Assembly: GCA_027923505.1 (NCBI GenBank)
Contig: BROI01000019.1
Location: 1 to 64,000, forward strand
Length of the DNA: 64,000 nucleotides
DNA from: Mayamaea pseudoterrestris
Taxonomy: Eukaryota
Direction of reading: 5' to 3'
Numbering within the stretch: position 1 is the stretch's first letter; every line of letters begins with the position of its first letter. Positions 32,696 through 45,161 of this stretch are shown here, in pieces. The position numbers were made by a program, and so were the translations under genes. The notes below the pieces were generated by a model, which saw only the letters and a list, made by a program, of their open reading frames with translations, did no database searches and was not told where the DNA came from.

Positions 32696-34256
32696 TCAAG
32701 TCTGCCACTCTTCGTCTTTCATGCGTACAATTGACACTCTCCTTTGTAAATGCGGCCGATCGATGGAAGCTAGTGGCTCGTCAAATTCCTCCTCGTACTT
32801 TTGATGTAAGTAAAAGGCTGCCGATGCCGCAAGACTTCCTACTATGGTAATAAGCGCCTTTCGCGAGGCTCCAGGACCGCCCCATCCAAGTTGCGTCTGA
32901 GCCGCTCCTGCTATCAGACCAAGCACACCACCCGTTGCAATAAGTGTAATCTCATCCTCTTGAAAGACTGGATGCAGCATGTCTTCAAAGTCAATGGGGC
33001 TCAAAGTCTTTAAACGCCGCGCCAGTGTTTGCCGGATATCAAGCCTATCCAAAACATAGGCATGCAACTCGGGGTGATCGCGTGGGTTCTCTGCCACGGA
33101 TGCAATGGCAGCAACCGCAGCCGACAAAATTTTCGTCGGAATAGGATGCGGCAGCTGCCTTCGCAGAAACGCAAACAATTCGCCATCTTCTCCTCCTTCC
33201 GCCAAATCCGACAGTAGCGCCTGCGGATTGAGTACTCGCCGCGCCATGAACTCGCCAAATTCGTCGGAAACTTCCACTTGCCGACTCTCAAACAACCCTT
33301 GCACCTCAAACAAACCTAACACGTCGACTGGTTCGGCCGGTTCGAAGAGTAGCTTGATGGCGATCCAGTTAGTCACATAGCCAACCAATGCACCTGCCGC
33401 CGGCAGTGTCCACATGGCTGGATGCTTTGCCCAGAATGCCATTTGTCCCAATCCCAATACTAATCCAAATCCAAAACCAGAATTCACCAAGAATTCCAGT
33501 TCAACACGACCAACTTTTTGAAACAAGTCAATCAACACTGCCTTGTCTCGCACAAAGGCTTCCATGACAACTACATGCAAGTCCAATACGCGATCAATAT
33601 TTTCCTTCTCCTGCAGCTTGGTCAAAACGTGAGGCAACAAGATTGGCAATACTGGTTGCAGCAGCACCAACCACACTTGTCCACAGTCACGTCGAATGGC
33701 ATCCTGCACGGCCGGCATGAGCATTCGGCTCAATTCATTTGGATCCAATCGTCCAAAGGCTTCGTCCAGCGACAGCAAGCGCTCCGTGACCACCTTGACG
33801 AGTCGGGCCGCCATGACCTTTGTTTTGGTGGGAACGACTCCCTCCCAGCCGAACAAACCCCAGGGAGTGTCGGGCCAGCGCATCCAGTTGATGCCGGTGT
33901 ATTCAATCGGGTAAAAGAGCATCTGTGTGAAGAAGTGAAAAGGTGTTGGTAAAAGCTTCAAAATATAATGTTGTACAAGGGCAATCAAACTCATCACTCC
34001 ATCATGTCTAATTCATACAAACCTTGACGCCCATCCAATTGGTCATGATACCAACAAAGGCTGCCACGCAGGGAATGGAGGCATACTCGATGGGTCGTTG
34101 CTGGATTTGCTTCCACCATTTGACTGGAGATTGCTTGGCGTTGCTGACTGTGACGGTGCTTCGTCGGAACGCAATTGGAAATGCAGTTCGTTTACTACAT
34201 GATCCGTTTCTACCTGCCAAGACGAGACTTCTTCTGGAAGCTTGCATCATCATCAT
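32696..34256 (-). CDS. DUF445-family membrane protein (2 exons; intron 33923-34022)
   Basis: VGIMTNWMGVK|MLFYP, WEGVVP, GYVTNWIAIKLLFEP, FQEDEITLI. Confidence 0.85.
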
Positions 34257-34544
34257 TGTCTTTTTGTGACAGTCGGCCTAGTAGTTAAGCCGACGTCTCG
34301 GCAGCTGCCATGGTGAAAAAAGTGCCGACCCGCATGGATGAGGCGCCGACGAAGAATCTTATGACGACTCATGCGTGACTGAAAAGGTCTCTGATTCAAG
34401 TCTCGGAACGACACGATCTCACCATGCAAGCTGCCGAGTAAGATATGCTTCAACAACGAATGGATTTCTGCGCCAAACGGATCTTCCTCCTCCAGCACAG
34501 CTTCCTCACACAACTCTTCCACACGAGTACAGTCATCCAACAAC

Positions 34545-35219
34545 ATGAAGATCATCATTGCTGCTTCCCTCCTTGCCTCGGCCGCCGCCTTTGCCCCTGC
34601 GCAACAAGCGTCCAAGTCGTCCTCGATTGCTGCGTTCGAGAACGAGCTCGGTGCTCAGGTAAGCAACCAACTGCGATAGCGACGACGAATCTTGCTTCAT
34701 TTCACAACAAGATACTAACGCTGCTTTACGTATTGAACACATCAGGCTCCATTGGGCTTCTTCGACCCTCTTGGCCTTGTCGCCGACGGTGACCAAGCCA
34801 AATTCGACAGACTCCGTTACGTTGAGTTGAAGCATGGCCGCATCTCCATGCTTGCCGTTGTCGGATACCTCGTTTCGGAAGCTGGCATCCGCCTTCCTGG
34901 AGACATTGACTACTCTGGAACGTCCTTCGCCTCCATCCCAGCTGGATTCCCAGCCTTGACTGCTATTCCCCAGGCAGGTCTTCTTCAAGTGGTTGCCTTC
35001 ATTGGCTTCCTTGAGCTTGCCGTCATGAAGGACATTACCGGAGGAGAGTTCCCAGGTGACTTCCGCAACGGTGCCATTGACTTTGGCTGGGACTCGTTCG
35101 ATGCCGAGACCCAATTGAAGAAGCGCGCCATTGAGCTCAACCAGGGCCGCGCTGCCCAGATGGGAATCCTTGCCCTCATGGTTCACGAAAAGTTGGGAGT
35201 CTCCATTCTTCCTAACTAA
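34545..35219 (+). CDS. Lhcf: Fucoxanthin-chlorophyll a/c binding protein (intron 34659-34745)
   Basis: MKIIIAASLLASAAAFAP presequence; FENELGAQ|APLGFFDPLGL, ELKHGRISMLA, ELNQGRAAQMG. Confidence 0.97.
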
Positions 35220-36115
35220 ATTGAATATTCTAGGAACCGCTAATTAGTTACAGTACTTTTTGCAAGCATGGTAGCAATTTGGTAAACTCAAATATTACTG
35301 CTTTCCAGTTTGCTCATAGTCAAGTATTCCGTAACTTATCTCTTCTTGCAACATATGAACATGCACTCGCTTGCATGAGTAATTCTGTGATTCACTGTCT
35401 ATCGGGGCTACCGGTGGACTAATGCAACTCCGGATCTAGACTTTGATCGAGCAATTGAATGTGCATATGCAAGGGTGCTGCATCGAGGCTACCAGCAGCA
35501 TCGTGCGGTCTACGGTAGCAAGTCACTTCCCTTTTCGCAAACTCAAACCTTTGAATGCCCCAGAGACATGTCCTACATTTACATCTAGCTACTTGCCTAT
35601 TCTTGGTCGACCTATGCTCGTTGGTGTCTGCATGCCTGCCATGAATTTGCTTTTCTCCAGTACTTTAACAACTCTATATGAGATAGATGTGACCGTACAC
35701 TCTGTGATCATGCAACCTGAACTTCGTAGCTGACATTATGTATCAAAGTAGCCGTGAGTCTCCTACTAGTACGTACAGTACCGGTAGTGCCATTCTACGA
35801 CGGCGTTGGAGTAGGAGGAGTATGGTGGCGTTTGTACATAAGCCATGATGCACGTTGGACTTACGTTTCGATAACAGCCGATCGTGCCAAAAGTGGCATT
35901 GTTCGATCGTTCAGCGCGAAATGCCGATCCGGCCCTCCCTCGAGTTCTTTTCTCCCTCCGAAGAGTCATCATTGCGTTCCATGACCTTGCACGATCTCGT
36001 GCTCGGCAATCTGCATGACATGGAGCACCTATAGACAAGTCCTGACGCTTTTAAAAATAAAAACTGAAAGCCTTTGTCGAGTTTAGAAGCACGACAATTT
36101 ACGTCACTTGGTTCC

Positions 36116-37794
36116 ATGAGAAGGCTTGCCTTGCTCCTCCTGGTTCACCTTGTCATCGACGCATCGGCATGCTCCTCGCACAATCATGATCACTCCAATG
36201 TTCATCGTCACTTGCTCGAAGACGAGATTGAACCTGATGTAAGCATTCAAGAATGTGGCATGCCTCCTCCCACCGACGAGCAAAAGCGCATTCTCAGCGA
36301 GACGCACGCCAACTGGGCAAGCAACAATCGGCATCGCGACCTTGTCGCTGATAACTTTCAGGTCCCTGTATACTGGCACATATTTCAACTCAATGAAACC
36401 TACGGATCCTTGCAGCAATCAACAATAGTCGATTCTCATATGCCAATCTTGAATGAGGCCTACAGCGTCACGCCCTTTCAGTTTGTACTACAAGGCATCG
36501 ACCGTGTCATTACCAATAGTCTAAAAACATTCAACTGCAACGAGACACTGCCCTTGCAGCAGCTCCTGCACAAGGGTGGAAGGAATGCGCTCAACATTTA
36601 CGTCTGCAACACATATTCCAAGGTGAGTTGAGTGTCGTTATGGAGCCCGCGGCCCGCGACTACGCTGCAATCGTGAGACTTACACATCATCATGATGCGT
36701 CTGCTCTCAACAGGGACTCTCCGGATACGCCTACTTGGCCGCCATCACCAAGGATTATCCACTCTATCAAGATTCTGTCTTTGTCATGAATGCGGACATG
36801 GCCAAGGCGCCTCTGTCGCTGTCATACACTCTTGTGCACGAGGTGCGCGATCTGCAAGCTGCATGTTTTATAGGCTCGTGCGGCTCTATGAATTGACAAT
36901 TTACTCATTTGCGAATTGTATTCTTCAAAAAGGTTGGCCACTGGCTGGGATTGTTTCATACATTTGAAGTAAGCATTAGCGGCATTGCCAGGTTGTCGAG
37001 ATTGGCTGCAGTAATCAACTCAGATGCATTTCCTCTTTCTTTCGCAGGGCGGATGCTCAGCAAAAGTTGTTTCCTCCTACAATGGCTTGTATTCTATAGC
37101 AGGTGATGGCGTCAGCGACACTCCTGCTCAGGTAAATGGTACATCAAGTCGACCTGGCCAAATCAAGTGCTGGAGACTTGACCCGCCAATCAACTCCTGC
37201 CCTGACAACGTTGCGGGAGTGGACGCTGGTGTTGATGGAGTGAATAACTATCTGGACTACGGGTCGGGTCCATGTCGACAACAGTATGGCTACTTTACGC
37301 CCATGCAGATCCAACGAATGGTGGCGCAGTGGGAGACCTTTCGTTACATTGCCAACCAACCGCCGCTATCCGCTCCATCGCAGTCACCGTCGTCGTCGCC
37401 ATCGCGAGTGAGAAAACCGACGAAACCACCCACACGAAAACCATCCAAGGCTCCTACTCGCACCCCAACATCAAGTGCTCCCACAAGCCCACCCATCAAC
37501 ATTTTCAAACGCGTTCCAACGAATCCACCTTCCAGCAAGCCAGCCAAAGCTCCGACTCTTCCTCCGTCACCGTCTCCGACAAGCTACATAGTGTTGGTGA
37601 AGCGCTTGGCGCGCCGATGCGCCCGCCTCATTGAGCGTCGGTGCGGAACCTGCGATACATCGTCGTGCGTCCAAAATACGAAAGCCATGCGGTGTCGCTT
37701 GCCGGCGGCTTCATACATGAACAAGTTTGACGCGCAGGTGCAACGTTATCTGACACGATTCTGCACGCGGTCCAAGCGAACATCACTGCGGTGA
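36116..37794 (+). CDS. Secreted M43 (pappalysin/ulilysin-like) zinc metalloprotease with Pro/Ser/Thr-rich tail (4 exons)
   Basis: Signal peptide, CG Cys-switch-like motif, spliced HE|VGHWLGLFHTF, DGVSDTP, FTPMQIQRM; introns 36623-36713, 36843-36932, 36969-37047. Confidence 0.9.
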
Positions 37795-38029
37795 CGTTCG
37801 TTGCAGCAGATGGCGCGGCAGTGACGCTGAAAACACAATAGAAAAGTGTATAATATAGTAGAATGGTTAAAGATTAGAAGTAAACTCAGTATGAATTGGG
37901 CTGCGATAAAGAATTACGCTGGTGCCTCGCTTTAGGCAAAATATAAGCATGTCGAATTCGAAAGGAGCCTTCGCCAAATGGCAACCATTCTCTATCGACC
38001 AGTCCGTTAACATGCCTATGCATGTATCT

Positions 38030-38236
38030 TCATTCATTCTTTGAAAGAGCAGCTACTATTCCAGCCAATCCCATGATGACCAATGGTCCCCCGACGGTTG
38101 CCACGAACAAATTCTCCATTTGCTTGGCTTGCTGTGCCGGCATTCCGGCGCTTCGAAGATGAAACACAGACGAGAAGCTGCATTGGAGAGCCCTCGTGCG
38201 TAGTACTCGATGCGCGGCACTTGTAACTGGTGGCAT
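38030..38236 (-). CDS. Possible small tail-anchored protein
   Basis: 68-aa ORF, Arg/Ser-rich leader, C-terminal hydrophobic helix. Confidence 0.35.
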   Translation of the reverse strand: MPPVTSAAHRVLRTRALQCSFSSVFHLRSAGMPAQQAKQMENLFVATVGGPLVIMGLAGIVAALSKNE

Positions 38237-38455
38237 GACGAATGACAATGACAGTTGGCGAAATATATATAAATAGTGGCAGGCAAAACGTCGTCGCTGC
38301 CATGCGATCGGTGATCGAGATGCTGATGATGCAGTCGTCATAAATGAGGTGTATTCATTGACTTTCAATTTCCTTTTTTCCTGAAAGATGGCGTTTTTAG
38401 TACTATGATTGGTTGGTTTAAGTTCACTTTTCATTGGTCTTCATGAATCAAAGTC

Positions 38456-38465
38456 GTACCGGTAC
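38456..38465. promoter_or_regulatory. GTACCGGTAC palindrome upstream of kinase-like gene
   Basis: Intergenic, between the 38236(-) and 38774(+) starts. Confidence 0.55.
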
Positions 38466-38773
38466 TGAACCACTCGAGACCGGTTTGCGTGCACAGCACT
38501 CCATCACCATGGCCATCCACTGCTCTTGGCTACCGCTCGCACCTACGGTGACATTGTTGGGCTTCGCCAAACGGCGAGTCCATGACAGCATGCGACTGGT
38601 CAGTCGTGAAGCATCAAAACGCGCCATTCGATTTCGCTCCATTGCGTAGCACATTGCACACATGCACACCCAGCATAATCGACTACCATAGCTCATTGGG
38701 CTTACGTTTGGCACTTTATCTTCTATAAATCACATTCACCATTCTTTCGCTACGCAAAAAAGACAAGGCCCGC

Positions 38774-40210
38774 ATGCCAGGCTGCATGGATCCAATGTTT
38801 GCCATTCAGGAGCAACCGCTCTGTGGCGGGCGCAACACGACTGACTACTGCGGCGACGACTTGTCGAAGCTTGTCGTTGCCGTCGAAAGCGACTGCTCCA
38901 GCAGCAAGGCCGAGTCGTTTTCGACAGTGGAAATGAACAACAACAAAGACTCCAACAGGGATCCGGCGCAGCAGCAGATTGCCTCGTTGCAGAACGAATT
39001 GTACAGGGAGCGATCACTCATGGCGCAGTATCGTGAGGAATGGGACGCTGTTCGAAACACATTGGCGGCAGCTCGCCGACAGAATGAAACTGTCGTCAAG
39101 GAGCGAGACGTGTACCAAAAGCATGTGCAAGTGCTACAGAGCAAGCTGTCAAGTTTGGAGACCAAGTTTGCTGGATTGCAAAAGGAGCGCGACGCCTTGT
39201 CGTTTCTCAGTCGGACGATTCATTCCTCGTCGTCGGATCCACGCTTTCCGTCCCTTCCGGCGCTGCAATCATCACTCAAGGAGGTTGTTAACAAGGTTGG
39301 CTCTTACATGCTAGAACGAGAGCTACGAAAGGGCGAGACGGGGAATTTGGTGCCAGTTCATAGCAAGAATGATTTAAATTTGCGATTCGCCATGAAGGTT
39401 GTCAACAAGTCCAAGATTCAAGACTACGAATCGCTGCGCCAGCTGGATCGGGAGGTTGCTGTCTTGAAAAAGCTGCAGCCGCATGCAAATATTGTACAGC
39501 TGCACGAGGTTCTTCATGGGTATCGCGCGTTTTACATGGTGTTTGAGCAAACCGACATGAATTTGCGCGAGTATCATACGCAGTACGCCGCTCCACACCA
39601 CTCTAGTGGTTTCAACAGCAGCAATGGATGGCTCAAGCAAGCTGTGATTGGCGTGGCGCAAGCTTTGGTGCACTTGCATGCACACAAGATTGCCCATTTG
39701 GACGTTAAACCGGAAAGCATTCAGTTGGTCGGCCTCGGACGGGTCGCGGAGGATTGTGTACCACTGGTACAGGCGGACCATGTTCGACTCTCGGGTTTTG
39801 AGGCCTGTGTCTACCAAAAGGACTTTACAACCATGCACAAGGATGGAATGCGCTTGTCCACGCTTGGTTACTTTGCACCGGACGTGGCCTTGTCGCGAAG
39901 CTCAGTGGATGGCGCCGCGTGTGACATGTGGTCTCTGGGAGCAACCTTGTTGGACTTGACGACTGGATTCTGCGACGGATGGATGACGAGCTATGAAGAT
40001 CATGCGGTGGATGTTTCAAAGTTCGAAGCGGGACTCTGCAAATGTTTGAAGGACTTGAAGGAAAAGGGCCTGGCATGGTACAAGGATGCTGATCTGAAAG
40101 ACTTGCTCGTTGAGCGTCTGCTAGTTTTACCTACTTTGCGGGCCACGGCGCAACAAGTCTTGCAGCACAAGTGGTTGAGTCCAGTCAAGAAGGACGTTGT
40201 ATGGGTCTAG
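38774..40210 (+). CDS. Coiled-coil plus protein-kinase-fold protein (probable pseudokinase)
   Basis: FAMK, HANIVQL, HLDVKPES, DMWSLG present; DFG replaced by GFE. Confidence 0.88.
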   Translation: MPGCMDPMFAIQEQPLCGGRNTTDYCGDDLSKLVVAVESDCSSSKAESFSTVEMNNNKDSNRDPAQQQIASLQNELYRERSLMAQYREEWDAVRNTLAAARRQNETVVKERDVYQKHVQVLQSKLSSLETKFAGLQKERDALSFLSRTIHSSSSDPRFPSLPALQSSLKEVVNKVGSYMLERELRKGETGNLVPVHSKNDLNLRFAMKVVNKSKIQDYESLRQLDREVAVLKKLQPHANIVQLHEVLHGYRAFYMVFEQTDMNLREYHTQYAAPHHSSGFNSSNGWLKQAVIGVAQALVHLHAHKIAHLDVKPESIQLVGLGRVAEDCVPLVQADHVRLSGFEACVYQKDFTTMHKDGMRLSTLGYFAPDVALSRSSVDGAACDMWSLGATLLDLTTGFCDGWMTSYEDHAVDVSKFEAGLCKCLKDLKEKGLAWYKDADLKDLLVERLLVLPTLRATAQQVLQHKWLSPVKKDVVWV

Positions 40211-40469
40211 CTACTCGATATGTGTGTAATATTTGTGGCAATGGATGTGAATGAGTTTGACGAGAATATCTCCTACTGAATGACACTTTATGTATGACTT
40301 AAGTCTCTATTTGTTAAAGTAGCCTTGTTAGTCGCAGCTTCTAGCTTATTTCACGTTGTAAACATCTTCATAGCCAATTCAATATTGCAATATAGTGGCC
40401 GAGTTGCTGATCCTACTACGTAGCAGGCCCTGCTCGCGCGTGACTATACTGGTACTATCACCTACACAC

Positions 40470-42050
40470 TCAAGTCGTTGGCTTGTCATCAGCCTCACGA
40501 ATCTTGGCGTCGTCCCAGTCGGCTTCTTCCCGCAGCATATCAAGTGCCACCTGCAACTTCCTTGACGGTAATCGAGAAATGCTGAGTGGCTTGCCAAAGA
40601 GCTTGCCTCGCCGAAAAAGCAAAAACGTTGGCACCGAGTCCACGTCCAAGGCCTTGCCAAGATCCTTTCCAGCCTTGCCCGTGGCGTTCGCCTTGGCAAA
40701 CATGACTCCACTGTCTTGGCCCATTCTCGCCATTCGCAAATACTGTGGACTAAGGTATCTGCACGTTCGACAAAAGGGGGCCGACAGAAACAGCAAACAA
40801 TCGGCTTGAGCGTCAATGATTTGTGACTGCAAACCATTGACACCAATGACATTGACCAGAAACGCATTCGACTCTGCGTCACCATCTTCCTCACCGCTCG
40901 TCGCGTCGTCCACAAGCACCGCCGCTTGCCTTGCCGGAGGTTCGTTGATCATGAATCGCTCCTCCACATTATCCAAATCGTCCGGCACGGGAAAGCCGAA
41001 CCGCACGTTGGCACCTCCGGCCGCGTCGCGCGGCCACGTGGTCGCTTCCCAGTACGTTTTCAAATCCCAGCCGCGCATGTAGTAGGTTAGCTTGTTGGGA
41101 TTGTTGTTCAAGTTGGGAAACGTAACTCCTTGTGCGAGCAGCGCTTCCACCGTGGCACCCAATCCAGGCGGAGGCATAAACTCCACTAGATCATTTCGCT
41201 CATGCATGCGTTTCACATATTGCTTGGCTTGGTTTGGTCCAAATAGTATGCCTTCATCCGCCACAATCTCCTGCGCCTTGGTGCAGGTGCTCAGGTAGCG
41301 CCGACATCCATGCATTTGCTCCAAGAGCTTCACGACGCTGCTGTTTTGGTCGCAGTATTCATCGCCGACGGTATCCAGCAATACGTCAAAGTTGCCAATC
41401 ACTGGGGCGAATCCAAGCTGGAGTTCACCCACAACTGGTGGCATGCTGTTTTGATTTTTGTTGATGGACCCAGTCGTGACAATGGTGGTTTGGATGCCTA
41501 GCGCCTGCAGCGCCACGCTGGATGACACGGCTAAATCGCCGCCGCCGACAATAATGACATGCCAATGCTGTTTCTTGTGCAGCAAAGCATCCTTGGGAGG
41601 TAGACAGGAGTGTACATGAGTTGTGGCGTGAAGAAAGGTTGAAATGGCAAGGGATGGCGACACAGGTTGTGAATTGCCCTGTTTCGTAGGTAGCTTGGCC
41701 ATGCTGTCCGTGTAAATACTTAATGACGACGCCAACACTCCAACGACTCTCTCTTTGTCCATCGTTTCTCCAACGACAATGGTCCACCTTGCGGCATCAT
41801 TCTTCTTTGACAGTGGTCGACCGAGGGACGCTTGCAGCGTCTGATACTCTGGTCCATCCAGTATTGCCGCTTGCTGCGCAATGATGGAAATGAGAGGAGT
41901 CGTTGCAGTAGCTGTCTCGGTGGATGTTGATGATAGATGGAGAAGTAAAGATTGAAAATGTCGTTGTGTTCGTGATGGTGTCAGGGAAAAGGACAATGTG
42001 TGACAGAAAATTCGAATGAGTAACAGGAGCCGCAGCTTTTGTATTCTCAT
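40470..42050 (-). CDS. Plastid-targeted protein with C-terminal thioredoxin domain
   Basis: Signal peptide ending TLS-F; SAPFCRTC and VDSVPTFLLF thioredoxin motifs. Confidence 0.82.
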   Translation of the reverse strand: MRIQKLRLLLLIRIFCHTLSFSLTPSRTQRHFQSLLLHLSSTSTETATATTPLISIIAQQAAILDGPEYQTLQASLGRPLSKKNDAARWTIVVGETMDKERVVGVLASSLSIYTDSMAKLPTKQGNSQPVSPSLAISTFLHATTHVHSCLPPKDALLHKKQHWHVIIVGGGDLAVSSSVALQALGIQTTIVTTGSINKNQNSMPPVVGELQLGFAPVIGNFDVLLDTVGDEYCDQNSSVVKLLEQMHGCRRYLSTCTKAQEIVADEGILFGPNQAKQYVKRMHERNDLVEFMPPPGLGATVEALLAQGVTFPNLNNNPNKLTYYMRGWDLKTYWEATTWPRDAAGGANVRFGFPVPDDLDNVEERFMINEPPARQAAVLVDDATSGEEDGDAESNAFLVNVIGVNGLQSQIIDAQADCLLFLSAPFCRTCRYLSPQYLRMARMGQDSGVMFAKANATGKAGKDLGKALDVDSVPTFLLFRRGKLFGKPLSISRLPSRKLQVALDMLREEADWDDAKIREADDKPTT

Positions 42051-42371
42051 TGTACAATTTCCTTAATGCACTAGAGATAGTAGAAAGGCAGTCTAATGAT
42101 TGGAACAAGGACTTTTTGATGAAATCTCGGAGCAAGTATAATAGCAATGAACAGCCGGAGTTTGAAGTTGAATCTGTCGTCGTCGAAATACTTCTTTCAA
42201 GAGTCGGACCGGTTATCAATTCGTGAGTCGCACCGGTTATCAATCAAATTCTCCGTCGCCCCTTGTGAATCTTTGCGTTCATTTTTTTGGTCGAAACAAA
42301 ATCAACGGGCTTCACGCCACCATCATAGCTCGTTCAGCCACAAGAAGAGATTTCCGGTTGCAGCGTCCTTT

Positions 42372-43960
42372 ATGCATGTTCTTGAGATCCTTCTATGTTT
42401 GGCTCTGAGATCAAAGGCCGATGCCTTTGTGTCACACCACAAGACGAGTCTCCAGCGAGACAGACGACGCTCCATTATTGCGTCTCCATCCCCACTTGCA
42501 GTTGCGACCATTGATTTTAACGACAGTAGCCACGACGAGCCATTCCATGTGATTTGTTTGGAACCTTACTGGCAGCAAGAACCAGTCTTGATACGTAACG
42601 CTGTGCCACAAAATAATGCAGCTGTCTACAGCACATCATTTCAATGGCCCTTCTTTGATTGGAACGACATTTTGCGCATTGCCATGGACGAGGAAACGCA
42701 AGATTCGGCGCGACTGGTGAAACACATTCCTGGCAAGCTTAATTCGTTCGACTTGGAGCTGGCGCCTTTCGACAAGAGTGTGTTGAAACATTTTTCAACG
42801 AAAACAACGTCAGCTGCTACGAAAAAGTACAAGCAAACCTTGCTTGTCAATGACGTTGATCGCCACGTTCCGGCATTGGCAAATTGGATGGATGACTGCT
42901 TCTCGAAACAACGAAACGAAAACGAATGGTCGTTGCCACGCTGGCGCCGCGACGACGCGCAAGTGTCGCTCGCGCACGTTGGAGGAGGTATTGGCCCGCA
43001 CGTGGACCAATACGATGTCTTGCTCTTTCAGGCGAGTGGTCAACGAGAGTGGCTCATTGATGCAAGCCGTCGACTGACCGTGCGGGAGGAAGTGAAACAA
43101 CTGATTCCTGATTTAAGTGTTCGCATACTGCAGCAGCCATCCACAGACAACAACAATTATACGCGCATCATGCTGCAACCAGGCGATTGTCTATATTTGC
43201 CGCCGCGTGTCGTTCATTGGGGAACGGCGCAGTCGGATCAATGCATGACGTTATCGATAGGTATGTATGTACGTGGGCGTTGGGTGCGCAAGTGACGCAA
43301 AGTGTGTTGACCATGGCATACACCAGTGTATACTTACTGACGAGTCGTCGTCAATCTATAGGATTCCGAGCTCCGTCGGCATCCGATCTGGTGTCACAAA
43401 TTGCCGAAACGCTGGTCTCTTCGGTGGGGAAAGCAGCCAATCAACGATATATGGATCATATAGCAGAGCCTGAATCAAATGCCGACGAGCCATCCATTAC
43501 TCCTTTTATCAAGGCTCGCATGAAGCAACTGGTGCTTGATGCAATCCACGAAACAATGGACGACAAGCTTCTCTGGGACGAGCTTGTTGGGAAACTCGTC
43601 ACAAACCCAATGCGATACAGTGATGCGCTCGACTATGAGCCTATGGATGAAGCAGCAGCGAGCAAACTTCTTGGCATGGTGACGCGAAACGAGGGATCGT
43701 TGCGTCGAGCACCGGGCGTTTCCTTTGCTACGTCCCGCACGCCAAATATGGACGACGACGTCATGGTCGATCGACTCTTTGCCGCAGGGCAGGTTTGGGA
43801 GATTGCAAACGATGGAAACGCCTTGAGCTTGTTTCGAAGCATTGAGCTTGGTTATTCCCTTGACGGCTCTGATATTTCTGGAATGTCTGGTGAGCTAAAG
43901 CAACTTCTAGTCGAAATGCTCGTGGAAGGTGTGATCACATATGAAAAGATGACGAAGTAG
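42372..43960 (+). CDS. JmjC/cupin 2-oxoglutarate oxygenase, RoxA/YcfD-like (intron 43261-43361)
   Basis: YWQQEPVLIR, WRRDDAQVS, GGIGPHVDQYDV, PGDCLYLPP..HWG, SIG|FRAP; leader ending ADAF. Confidence 0.9.
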
Positions 43961-44461
43961 AAGTACGACATGGCGTGCACATTCCTTTTTCTCTTCCGGC
44001 GCAACTTCCGGTCTTTAAAGCTACATATTCCAAGCTTATCACAACATTTGGTAGCAAATGGACCCCGAGAGGGATTGACCCACCCAACAAGTTAGATCTG
44101 ACTCGTTTCGAAAAATTGCTTCCATGCATGCTGCAGCTAGGGTCTACAGCTTGCAACACTTGGTTTAAGTTGCGCAAAACACAACTGGTGTTCTAAAGAA
44201 GGTGTTTCTCTTAACTATCGGCAGCTGCTGGGTAGTCGTCTCGCGCCAAATGGGCTTCTTTCTTGAGTCGTACCGGTTATCGATCCGTCGCCGCGTCCCG
44301 CGCTTCTCCTCGTTTGCACGTCCACGACAATCACATTCTCGATTGGCGTCTAGAACTTGGCATTTTTTCTACATCCTCCGTCACTAGTCTGTCTACAAAT
44401 GATTGAGCAAAAGACAACGAAGCAAACCAAGAGGGTTCGGAGTTTGCATACACTTGCAGCA

Positions 44462-45161
44462 ATGACGCGAGACAACACGGAGAGCATGTCGGACGATGAC
44501 GATGAGGAACGTGTGATTGAATTTTGCGCCCCTTGCCATGAAACAAATCAATCAGCATCGGATGCAACCATGAACGAGCTAGCATCAAGTCGTAAAGTAG
44601 TCATTCGTGAGGACTTAAACGTTGAGCATATGAACTGGGAGGCGGAACGAAACGAGGACGAAATGGATCAGTGTTTCGTCAAGGTACGTTCTTGCTGCAT
44701 CCAGACCTTGTCAATGCAGAAATATACCGACTCAATCACGGCATTCTACGCTGAATCGTCAGCGCTGGGAGCGGCAACGTTATCGCGAGGACAATGCCGC
44801 CTGCGTCCTGGCCTTTCGACGCTGGACGCTTGAGCTAGGCATGGATTGGGACGATTGTCACGACAATGCCGGTAGCGTGCGAGGCTTGGAGGAGTTTTTG
44901 CATCCAAACTCGTATCATAAAGCCATGAATGCGCGAACGACGCAACGGAATGCTGTATTAAAGGCGCAAGACAAGCAGCGAAAAGTCGCGGGAGATGCTG
45001 CACCGGCCAAGCGAGAGGCACTGCTGCGTCGTGTTGCATCCCGTCACTCGCAACCAAGTGTCACGCTTGCATTGCATTTGGCGCAAAGGGAGGGTGAACG
45101 TAATGAAAGCAGCGGGTGGGGTTCAATTTTGGCAAAAGTCCGGTTGGGTTTTTTCTTGTAA
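44462..45161 (+). CDS. Hypothetical protein (intron 44684-44762)
   Basis: GT-AG splice joins ORF 44357-44833 and ORF 44841-45161 in frame; RGLE motif. Confidence 0.65.

Noticed and set aside
34533..35186. 217-aa antisense ORF over Lhcf
   Set aside because: Expected shadow of strong codon bias in a highly expressed gene.
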